Position numbers and translations under genes: made by a program
NCBI RefSeq assembly: GCF_020745735.1
Contig: NC_083444.1
Span: 4,898,001-4,962,000 of the forward strand
Direction of reading: 5' to 3'
DNA from: Hemiscyllium ocellatum
Lineage: Eukaryota
DNA length: 64,000 nucleotides
The notes under the pieces: model-generated
What the model saw: the letters and a program-made list of their open reading frames with translations, nothing else
Database searches by the model: none
Told to the model about the DNA's origin: nothing
In this document: in pieces, positions 41,701-53,700 of the stretch
Numbering within the stretch: position 1 is the first letter of the stretch
Layout of the letters: each line of letters starts with the position of its first letter

Positions 41701-44700
41701 AATAGCAGATCTTCAAATGGATGCGTTATCACAGAATTACCTGCTCTGTATCTCCACTTCAACCGAAAATGACAATTTTTGTTGATTGCATGTATGTGTA
41801 ACCACAGAAGATACACTTTTAATTAAGATAATGTCAATGACCTTTAGTTCGTTATTGAACTTTGCTGTTTAACCTTTGCACTGTTTCCAGAGCTAAATTT
41901 AAACCCAAGGAATCCAGCAGCTGAAATTACCGTGATCAATGACGAGGATGTTAGAGAAGAGTGGCACTTACCAGCGCTGCAGTATTGCTTTGTCACCAGG
42001 TAGCACACACTTCCTGCTTTGTGCTAAATAACTCAAATAACCCTTAAGCAAAATAGCAGCCTTGAAGAAAAGAGTGGCCTTAAAGCGTGATCCAACCTCA
42101 GGACCAGATGTTTTCCATCCCGGGGTTTTAAATGAAGTAGGTAACTATAATCTTTTAGAGTCTCCCTGATTCTGGAACCGTTCCTTTACATCGGAAAGTT
42201 TTGCACATTTCTTCACTGTTTAGGAAAGGTGAGAGGAGAACCAGGGGATTATAGACCAGTTAGCCAAATATCTGTTGCCATGAAATTGCTAGAGTCTTTA
42301 AAGAAAAATGAATTAATTACAGCAGCAGAAAGCCTTGATCAGAAAGAGCAAATGTGAATTTGTAACGGGTGAGCTGTGTCTGATGAATCAGATTGCATTT
42401 TTTTTGAAGTTCTGACTGAAGTAGTGAATGGAGGATTGTTTTTGGTCGTTATTTGAATTGACTTCCAGAAGGAATTTTAGGAAGTTCCTAAAGAGACTGT
42501 TAGCTACAATTGAAACTTCTGAAGTTGCTGGTCTAGTTAGGAAACTGCCTGGCAGTCAGGAAAAATGGAGAGGTTATTTAATTAGCAAAATGAAATCAGT
42601 GGTCATAGAGTCACAGTGATGTCCCTCATGTATTGGTACTGTGGACCTAAACAGTTCACCATATCTCTTAATAACTGAGCTGATGGGTTAGAAAGCCATG
42701 TAGCCAAATTTGCCAATGCAACAAAGATAAGTAAGCAGTGTAGATGGTAGTAACCACTGTCATGAACAGTTACAGAAGGTTATCAAAAAGAGTAATGGAA
42801 GTCTGACCTTTACATTGAGATGAAAACAATACAAGGTGGTTGAACCTGTATTTTAGCTGTACAAAACATAGTTTAGACCATGTCTGGAGTGAGTGCAAGG
42901 AGTTTTGTCAACTGCATCTATCTATTGATCATGGACACAGTACAAATAATTTGCCTTAGGAGAAGGGAAATATTTTTAAAAAGGACATGAGTAATACCTT
43001 GTTCACACAGAGGGTGGTGCATCTATGGAATGAGCTGCCAGCGGAAGTGGTTGAGGCAAATGCAATTACAACATATAAAAGGCATCTAAATGGGTATATG
43101 AATAGGAAGGGTTTAGAGGGATATGGGTCAAATGTTGGCAATTGGGACTAGGTCAGATTGGGATGTCTGGTTGTGGCGGACAAATTGACCTGAGGGTCTG
43201 TTTCTCTCCTGTATAGCTCTGTGACTCTATATCTGGACATCCAGGGTTACATTACAGTTTTTTAAAATTAGAATTTTATTGTCACGTGTATCAAATATAG
43301 GAATACCTCAATATAGTTTTTAAAAAAGTATAAAGTCTTACATAAACTAGGGATCTGTTTCTGGAATTAGATGGTAAAGGGGTGATCTAAGTGAAAATGT
43401 TCCTACCTCCATGTTTTAGGGGATGAATATTCATAACTAGGCTGGAGAGGGCGCAAGAGGAATATCTTAGTTTTTCAGAAGTGTAATTAGGAAACACTTT
43501 TGTTCACTCTCAAAGTTGTTCTGAACTCACTACACTGACATTTATTGGTAAATTTCAAACTGAGATTGATGCTTGTTAATTAAAAGAACATTTTTGGGAT
43601 ATGAAGTTAGGTTGTAAATCAGTCATGGTTTTGTTGAACGATGAAACAAATAATTTTAATTAACCTGCCTTGACTTACATCCAGTTCAGGTGAAGCTTTA
43701 ACTTGGGCTTTTAGGCCAAAACATAGGGACACTACCACTGCCCCACAGGTACCCCTTAACATTTATGACACCTCTGGGACAGGTGGGAGTAAACCTGGAC
43801 CTTCTGTCCCAAAGTTAGGGACTGTACCATTGTACCTTAAGAGTCCTGAATGGTGGATTAGGGTTGGATAGAATTCCATTTATGTCATGATGAACTTTCT
43901 AATAACTGACGAGGCTAAGCACCTTGTGCATTGCATGATAAGTTGAAATGATGTAGTTACATATTTTACTAACACTGAAATGTATTGGGATTGAGTAATG
44001 TTTCACTTTCGTCAGTGTGCTAGTCATGGATGTTGGTCATTCTCTAGCTCCTTATCCCAGAATCCATTGAAACTATGGGCAGAGTCTTATTAAAACACTA
44101 TCCAACTGTAGAAAAACATTGACGATCCCTGACAAAGTTCATGTCAGAAAGATGGATCTTAGTTGTGACGGCCATCCATATTAGAATAGCCTGTCGACAT
44201 ACTTTTAGAGTTCATTTTTTAAAAATTTGTGCATCGGGGTGCTGAGATCACTGACCAGTTCCTCATTCATTTTCCTGGAAAACGTGTGGTAAACCACATT
44301 CTTAAACTGCTGCAGTCCTCGGGTTCTGTAGACATCTGCAGTGCCGCAGGAAGCATGTTTCAGGATTTTTGATCCTGTTATTATGAATGTACGTTGATGT
44401 GGTATTTTCATGCATCTGCTGCCCTTGTCCTTTTCGATGGTAGAATTTGGGTGTTTGGAAGGTGATGGTTCTTAATTATATGCTATTTCTATAAATTTGA
44501 CATGATCTTTAGCTAACTACGAACTCCCTTTTGAATCCTCTTCTTTCTCGTCGGGGTCTCTGCTATTGTACCAATATTGACCTCTCCTTTTTGTTTTTCA
44601 CTCATTGGGACAATTCACAAGAATTGGAGGCGATGGCAGTCACTCGCTACCGAATATAGTTGTCTACTTTGGGTAGAGTGTGTCATCAGTTCTGTGGGGT

Positions 44701-47700
44701 TTTTGCATGGCTGCTGAGCCCAATTCTAGAGCCACATCTCCAACCACACATTTGGCAGCTATTTCCAGGAGGTGGCATTGATCCTTGGCATTGAGGGTGT
44801 TTGCATTTCTTTCTCTGCTTCCTTTTCTGTGCTTCCTCTTGCTGACTGTCATTCTCGAAGAATTCTATTCCTTCATACAAGAATTCCCTCTGAGTTGGTT
44901 TCTTCTGAACGGGGATCTCCCATGCGTTGATATCTGTGTTGCATTTCATAATGGAAGCATTCAGGGAGTCTGAGACACTCTTCCTTTGTTCTCTTACTTG
45001 AGTATCTTCCTGGAGCTGTATGAAGATGATTTGCATTGGCAGTTGGAGCTCGGGCATCCTAAGTCAAAAGGTGTGGCACTGGAAAAGCACAGCTGAAAAT
45101 GTGTTGCTGGTTAAAGCGCAGCAGGTCAGGCAGCATCCAAGGAACAGGAAATTCGACGTTTCGGGCATAAGCCCTTCATCAGGATTTCCTGATGAAGGGC
45201 TTATGCCCGAAACGTCTAATTTCCTGTTCCTTGGATGCTGCCTGACCTGCTGCGCTTTAACTAGCAACACATTTTCAGCTCTGATCTCCAGCATCTGCAG
45301 ACCTCACTTTTTACTGGAAAAGTACAGCCGGTCAGGCAGCAGGAGAGTCGGTGTATCGGGCATTAGCCCTTCCTCAGGAATATTGGGGGGGGGGACACGG
45401 GGCTGAGAGATAAATGGGAGGGGGTTGGGACTGCAGGGAAAGTAGCTTGGAAGGCGATAGGTAGATAGGTCAGAGCAGAGGGTAGAGCGGATAGGTGGGA
45501 AGGAAGATGGACAAGTAGGATTGTTCGAGAGGGCAGGGTCAAAGAGGAGGGTTGGATCTGGAGTGGGATGGGGGAGATGAAGAAACTGGCGAAATCGGCA
45601 TTGATGCCATGTGGTTGCAGGGTCCCAAGGCAGACGATGAGGCGTCCCTCCTCCAGGCATTGGATGGGTTGGATTTGGCGATGGAGGAGGGCCAGGACTT
45701 GCATGTCCATGGGGGAGTGGGAGGTGGAGTTGAAGTAGCTGGCCATAGGGCGATGGGGTTGTTGGGTGTGTTGCCCTATGCTTGTCCTCCCGGCTGATGT
45801 GGGAAATCCATCTCAAACAGCCTTAATGCTACCTCTCAGGGGCCTTGAGGCAGCATCTATACATAATCTCAAGTTTTGGAGCAATATAGAAGAGTCAGAA
45901 GAATAATTGTAGTCAGTTCTGATATCACACGATAGTTCCTTTTTCATTCAAACTCTGGTTATAAGACAATTGTGCAATAGCCACGTCATTTAAGCTAATG
46001 GGACTGAAATTGCTTTCTAGACAATACAGGTAAAGAAAGTTCACATTTTGCAAATAATGGTATAAACTCTTCAATTGTGTTAAAGCCAATTTGAGTTATT
46101 AGCAGAATCAGCTGTACTTTTGCATTGCAAGATCTTGGTACCAGCATGAAAGTTAAAGACCATCATCCTTAGGCATCTAAAAGCAACACTCACAGATTGG
46201 ACGCAATGTCAGATCTCCGCATTAATGCCATTCATAGATGAGATTTAGCTTCCTTGGTAGAGGAAATGTTCGATGTTTCGATTTTTGTTGATCTTAATGG
46301 AGGAATGGACTGAAATTTGACTTGGGACAGGTTTGTAAAAGGTTTGAGTCTTCTTGAGGTTGAGGCTGAGATTAATTCTTCGGTATGCTTCCACAAAGGC
46401 ATTAAGTAAGGTTTGAAGATTCAATTCCGAGAGTGCGGAGATGATCTCCTCCGATTACCGAAGTCAAGTGAGCTCTGTGTTGTTGTCTTCGTGAATTTTG
46501 ACTGGTTGAGGTGGAAACATTTTCTCTCTATTCTGTAGATGGTGTTGGTGATGAAGATGGAGCAAAGGGAGGGGTTGATGACACATCTTTGCTTGACCAC
46601 TATCTTGCCCTCAAAGGATTCTGTTATATTACCATTGATGAGGACCGTCACCAATATCTAGCCATAGAGGAGACAGAGGATGTTAATTAATTTCTTTGAG
46701 TAGCTGGTCTTTGACAGGGTCTTTCAAAGCACTTCTGGATTGACTGAGTCAAATACGGAACATTGTTACAGTATGAGTAGATTTGATTTGACGTATTATT
46801 GTCACATGTACTGAGATACAGTGAAAAGTATTGTTTTGTGTGCTAACCAGATACATCATACCTTACATAAGTGTACATTAGAGTAATAGAACATAATGTA
46901 GAATATAACGTTATAGCTACAGAGAAAAATCAACTCTAATATATGAGAGGTCAATTCATAAGTCTGATAACAGCAGGGAAGAATGAGTTCCTAAATCTGT
47001 TGGTGCATGTATTCAAACTTTTGTATTTTCTGTCCAATGGAAGATGGTGCAGAGAATAGAACTGGGGTAGAAAGGGTTTTTGATTATGTTGACTGCTTTC
47101 CTGAGGCAGCAGAAGTGTAGACAGAGTCATAGAAGGAAGGCTGGTTCGTGTGATGGACTGGGCTGTTTTCACAACTCTTTGTACTTTCTTGCAGTCTTGG
47201 TTAGAGGGTTGTGATGTATCCAGACAGGATGCTTTGTATGGTAAGAGTAAGAGTCATTGTGGATATACCAAATTTTTTTAGCCCTCTGAGAAAATAGAGC
47301 CATTGGTGTGCTTTCTTGACTGTTGCATTGATGTGCATGGACATAGAATGCTGATTGGTGGAGGTGTTACAATGGAGAATGCAACAAAGTAGATAAATCA
47401 CCTGGGCCAGTTGAAATATTTCCCACGCTGTTGCAAGAGGCTGGGGTCAAAATAGCAGGAGCATTGGCAAGAATTTTCAATTCCTCTCGGGCCACAGGAG
47501 AGATGCCAGAAGCAAGAACAAATGTTTCTGGAAAAGCTCAGCAGGTCTGGCAGAGTCTGTGAACAGAAATCAGAGTTAATGTTTTGGGTCTAGTGACCCT
47601 TCAAAGTTTGTGAGAAGATTTGTAGCTCGGGTGCTAGTTGCTGTGGTTCTGTTCGCCAAGCTGGGAGTTTGTGTTGCAAACGTTTCGTCCCCCTGTCTAG

Positions 47701-50700
47701 CTGACACCAACTAGCCACGAAACGACATGACCAGCTATCCTTAGTAGCCACAAACGCAGATGACAAGCAACATGAGTTTGACTGGGACAACACTACTATT
47801 TATAGGGCAAGCCAAACAGAGAACAGCCAGGGAGTTCCTAGAGGCATGGCACTCATCCACAGATTCTATCAACAAACACATCGACCTGGATCTAATATAC
47901 CGGCCACTGCAGCGGACAGCAAGAACTGACAACCGGAAGCGGCAGAGACAAGCCACTATAAATGCCGGAGGAAACATCACAGAAGCGCTTCACAGGAGGC
48001 TCCCAAGCACTGAGGATGTCACCTAGAAAGGGGACGAAACGTTTGCAACACAAACTCCCAGCTCGGCGAACAGAACCAGAACATCTAGTGACCCTTCCTT
48101 AGAACCTAAGATATGCCAGAAGATTGGAGGGCAGCCAATATGGGGCTGTTATTCAAGAACGAGCAAGGGATAAGTGAGGAAACTACAGGTTGGTCAGTTT
48201 AATCTTGGCAGTGGGAAAACTGTTGGCGCTGCAGGTCATATCCACATCCCTCAAGTGAATTAAGGAAAACATTGCTGAGCGATAAAATTAACCAACACTT
48301 GGAGAGGCAGGGATAAGTCAAAAACAGGAAAGTAATTTTTCGAAGAGGTAACCACGTGTGTAGATGAGGGCATTGACATAGTCAAGGCTTTCAATAAGGT
48401 GCTGCATGGGAGACTGATAGTGCAGATAAGAACCCATAGGATCCGAGGAAATTTGGCTAATTGGATCTAGAATTGGCTGAATGGCAGGAAGCAGACATGA
48501 TGGTGGAGGGATGTTTCTGTGACTGGAATGCTGTGTCCATTGGGGCTACGCAGTGTTGGGCCCTTGCTGTTTGTAATATACATTAATTATACAGACTTGA
48601 ATGTAGGAGTGCTGATCAGTAAGTTTGTAGATGATAAAATTGATGGGGTGGTAAATAGTGAGGAGGATAGCCTTAGATTTCAGGAGGGTATTGACGGGCT
48701 GGTCAGTGGTAAATGGAATTCAATCTGGATAAGTGTGAAATGATGCACTTGGGCTGGACAAAAAAGGCAAAGGAATTAATGATGTACCGTAGGATCCTGG
48801 GAAGCATGGAGGATTGGGGGATCTTGATGTACATTACATCGGTCTCATACGTTGCAAAGAAAGTAGATAAAGTGATTAGGAAGTCATATGGGGTATAGAG
48901 TTTAAGATTGGAAGGTTGTGCTAAAACTGTACAAAAAGTTGGTTAGGCCACAGCTAGATAATTGTATGAAGTTCTGGATTCTACACTCTGGAGGGATGTG
49001 ATTGCACCAGTGAGATTACAGAGGAGTTCATTTACCAGGATGTTGTTTGGGCTGGCGAGTTAGTAACTAAGAGCAATTGGATAGATACACAACATACAAC
49101 ACACACACACACGACATGATTGAGGGGCATAGATAGTGTAGATAGGAAGAAACGTTTCCTTTTGTTGCAGGGCTCAGTGACCAGAATCATAGACTTACAG
49201 TAAAGGGCAGGGGGTTTAGAGGGAATGTGAGAAAACTTTCTTCATTAAGGGGGTGGTGGGAATCTGGAGCTCACTGCCTGTAAGTTAGTAGAGGCAAAAA
49301 CCCTCATCACATTTAGAAGTATTTAGATATGCTTTTACAATGTCAAGGCATTACAAGGTCATGGGCCAAGTGCTGGAAAGTGGGGTTAGAATAATTAGGT
49401 GGTGGTTTTTGATCATTGCAGACTTGATGGGCTGAAGGGCATTTTCTGTGCTGTAAACCTCCGTATTCTCCAACTTAAGCTTAAACGTGCTTGCTAAATT
49501 GTACATGGTAACAGATTGGTAATTGTATCTGTATCATTGTTGATGCAGGAAGGAACTATCAGAACTTGCCTCTGGCAATTTGTGCAGTATCATTGGCTAT
49601 GTTACTTTTGTCGGTAGACAGGAACGCATTCGAATCAAAGGTATGTATCTCACTCTCCCAGGCATTTCTCACTTCCTGTACTTAACCATAGATTTGTATT
49701 ACTCCCAAGGCCTGTCAACCTCTCTACCTCATTCCCAGGCATCTGTCATTCACTGTACCTCACTCCCAGGGTGCCTGTTACTCCCTTTTCCTCTCTCAAG
49801 CATCTTTCACTCCCTCTACCTCAGTTCTTAGATTGGTCAGCTTCTCCTAGCATTGTTCATGCTGTGTACCTTACAGATTTGTGAGATTAATGGCCAGCTG
49901 TGCTGTAAAGTTCAGTGACATGGATTATACAATGGTCTTTTAATGGTCTTCCTTAATATCTCCTCACATATGAGGGCACGCACATTGGGTTAAGGGAACT
50001 CAGTCCAGTTGTTTCATGTTCAGTTGATCTTTGCAGAGCGACCTGACGAATTCCTGGTTTACCGCTGGCTGCACCTGATTGATGGAACATCCTCAGAACC
50101 TTTTGTCCTGAAGCTTTTCTCAACCTCTCAGCCCGAGATTCAGAGTCAGATATCCCCGTGCAGCATAGCAGACAATACCGGTAAGAGACTTCACGTCACT
50201 TGGCGTTTGTGGTCTTTGTGAAAAAATGTGCTCCCATGGCTTACTATGTAGCTTGACATGAAACTGGGGGGAAAAATAAAGATGCATCTCTGCCGTGTCT
50301 TTCACAATCTTGGCATGTGTAAAAGCAACCAGCTCTGCTAAAATATGGAACATGTGGCAGCCAGGTTGTGCACAGTAAGGTTCCACAATATTGCATGCAG
50401 TTCTGGTCTCCCTCCTGATCAGAAGGATGTTGTGAAACTTGAAAGGGTTCAGAAAAGATTTACCAGGATGTTTCCAGGGTTGGAAGGTTTGAGCTACAGG
50501 GAGAGGCTTAATAGGCTGGGGCTGTTTTCCCTGGAGAGTTAGAGGCTGATGGGTGACCTTGTACAGGTTTATAAAACCATGAGGGGCATGGATGTAGGGT
50601 CTTTTCCCTGGTGTCCAAGGATGTTATAGGCTATGTGGTTTAGCCATGGGAAATTCGGGTGTGTGTGTGTGGTGGGGTGGGGGGGGGGGGGGGGGGGGGG

Positions 50701-53700
50701 GGGTGTTGGATGAGAGGTGTTTCACTGGGCTATTGGGGACATGATGTCCCAAATAGCCTTCTCCGCTCTGTAGGGATTCTATGATTCAACAGGGATGAAA
50801 ATTATTGGGAGTATGCAGGAATGTAGACTGGAGGTTAAAATTAGCCATGATCTTATTGAATGGCAGAGCAGGCTTGAAGGAATGAGGGGCCTATTCTTGT
50901 ACTTTGTTCATACTGTTCAGTAAGGAATATTCTGAAAGGGACACACCAGTGTGTTGGTTGTGCATTATTACCAATTTCCAGATTCCAAACTGTTCAGGAA
51001 CATTAGCAAAGGGGGGCCTCAACTTAGATGATGCCAAGATAAACTGAATGATTCAACAAAAACCCATGCTCAAAAGTGTTTCTTTTTTTTTGATTTAAGT
51101 GACCTTGCTTGTGTGTACGAATGTCATACTGGAATGCAAAACGATCAATCCCAGTGGGGAAAGAAAAGCATTTCCTTACCTGCAAAGCACAGCATACAGC
51201 CAGGTATATGTCAATGGTATGTATATGGCGAGAGGACGTCTAGTGCATGTATTGTTGGGAAACTGTGAAGGAAGGGGCCCTGTTTTCTTGGACTTCCTCA
51301 TGACTATAGGGATGGGAATGAATAGAGTGTGGGGTGAAGCCTAACAATAGAGGGTAGGTTAGAAAATATTGTAATCTGTAGATTTTTGTTGGGTAAACAT
51401 TTTGAGTGTCTTGGACAGAAGGCAGATTGATGAAGTTAAGATATAGATCAATCTAAGAGTTTGACAGAATGATCTCCCGTTCTATGTCAGTCTCCTGATG
51501 TAGGTTACTTGGAGGGGAGAGAGACTTGAATTTGGTTCAGCTGACACTTTTTAACGAAAGCCTGATCAGATGAGAAAAAGTTTAGTGCTTTGTTGGAGAT
51601 GCAGAGGACCCTTAACAGAATCGTTCTATGAATGAAGTTAAACTAATCCTCTGCAGCGCACTATGTTTGATTGCTAGAGGCACATATGCCATCGCAAAAC
51701 TGTCCCATAAAACAGAATAAGGGGACGCCCTTTTAAGATGGAGATGAGAACTTGTTTAGTTATAGAAGCTCATGAGACTTTGGACCTCTACTTTGGAAGT
51801 AGAATCTTTAAATAGTTTTGAAGGAGGAAAATATATTCTTGATATTAAAGCAGGTGAAAGGTTATTGAGGGTAGGTGGGAAAACGGCATACTCACATGAG
51901 TCATGATTTTATTGAATGGTACAGCAGGCTTGCGGGACTGAGTGATCCCCTCCTGAACCTGATTGATACTTCTGTAAACTTAAGAGCAATTTGAGGCCCT
52001 AAAAACAGCTGAGGATTGTCCTTGTCTTTTAGACCAATTGAGATAGGATGTTTTGGTCACTGCATTGAGTATAGGAGTTGGGAGGTCATGTTGCAGCTGT
52101 ACAGGACATTGGTTAGGCCACTTTCAGAATATTGCGTTCAGTTCTGGGTCTCCCTGCTATAGGAAAGATGTTGTTAAACGTGAAGAGGTTCAGAAAAAAA
52201 AATTACAAGGATGTTGCCAGGGTTTGAGCTATGGGGAAAGGCTGAATAGGCCCAGGCTTTTTTTCCCCAGGAGTGTTAGAGGCTGAGGGGTGATTTTATA
52301 GAGGTGTATAAAATCTTGAGGGGCATGGATAGGGTGAATATCCATGGTCTTTTTCCTTGGGTAGGGGAATCCAAAACTAGAGGGCATAAAGTTTAAGGTG
52401 AGAGGAGAAAGATATAAAAAGGACCTAAGGGGTGACTTTTTCATGCAGAGGGTGGTATTTGTATGGAATGAGCTGCCAGAGGAAGTGGTGGAGGCTGGTA
52501 CAATTCCAACATTTAAAAGGCATCTGGATGGGTATATGAGTAGGAAGGGTTTAGAGGAATATTGTCCAAATTTTGGCAAATAGGACTAGATTAATTAAGG
52601 ATATCTGGTCAGCATGGACAAGTTGGACTGAAGGAACAGTTTTGTTGCTGTACAGTTCTGACTCTATGTAGACAACTATTGCCCCAACTCATTATCAGTT
52701 CAGAATGGTAAATGAGCCTGGAATTTGGTGGGCCTGCCACTGCACCAGATCTATCCAGGAGGCAGGAAGTGGTGTGTGACATTATGAGCAGTTCCCCTGG
52801 CCTCTGAGTATTGAAATAATTCACTGCAATAATTCTTAACTTAGGTCTTAATGTTTTTACCTTCACCTGTCCCCTTTAGGCCATCATCACGGGAAATTAT
52901 ATGTGAAAAACCCAAAGGTAAAGGAGTTTATTAATTGGATACAATCTGCCAAGGATCAAGAAAGGGACACGTTAAGTCAAACTCAGATTGGTGGATGTTA
53001 CACCTATCCTCCCCTTCCTTCCAGTGAGCGGGATTATCGACGTGAAATACTTGGTGAGGAAGCTGGAAAACTGGTCTCTTGCTTAACATTGGTGTTGCAT
53101 ATTTCTTTTATCTGTTTTAGCCTTCTCTGCTCCGCTGCTGTCTGCCTTCCCTCTTAGAAGGCTATGGCCTTCACTACCACTGCAGAATGTTGGGACATGA
53201 TCAAAGCTGATACGTCCATTGCAGCCAATGCTGACCAAGTGCTTTGCTGTAGGAGTTGCAGTCTGTCTGTTGCTCTGCCTGTCCTTATGGTGGATATAAA
53301 AGATTTCAAGGCCACTATTCAGAGATCTCCCTGGTGTCCTGCAATTATTCAACATGACTGTCAAAACATTGTTACTTTAAGGTAGGTTGCCCTCCTTTCT
53401 ATGCTATAAAAGTTAGATTCACAAAGACCTACAGCATGGAGACAGGCCTTTTAGCCCGAACAGGTCCACGCCGACCAACACTAAACCCATTTCCTTGCAC
53501 TTGGCTAAATGCCTTTTAAATGTTACTAAGGTACCTGCCACAACCACTTCTATTGGCAGCTCATTGCACATGCTTACTACTCTCTGTGTAAACATAAATT
53601 GCCTCTCAAGTTCCCTTTTATTCTTTCCCCTCTAACCTTAACTGATGCCCTCGAGTCCTTGATTCCCCAACCCTGGGAAAAAGAAGCATGCACCTGAACT

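Larger units (their letters stand above)
44620..46760 (-). mobile_element. RTE-clade LINE fragments interrupted by PLE insertions
   Basis: CQMCGWRCGSRIGLSSH zinc-finger C-terminus; VKQRCVINPSL RT fragment. Confidence 0.7.

Noticed and set aside
45020-45406. Recurring peptides such as CCWKSAAGQAASKEQE / LLGCCLTCCAF as a small protein family
   Set aside because: Incidental translations of the non-coding PLE terminus in varying frames and strands
50668-50703. Poly-G tracts (also 23882-23903, and poly-C at 19279-19298) as functional G-quadruplexes
   Set aside because: Simple homopolymers in or next to repeats, prone to sequencing error; no supporting context
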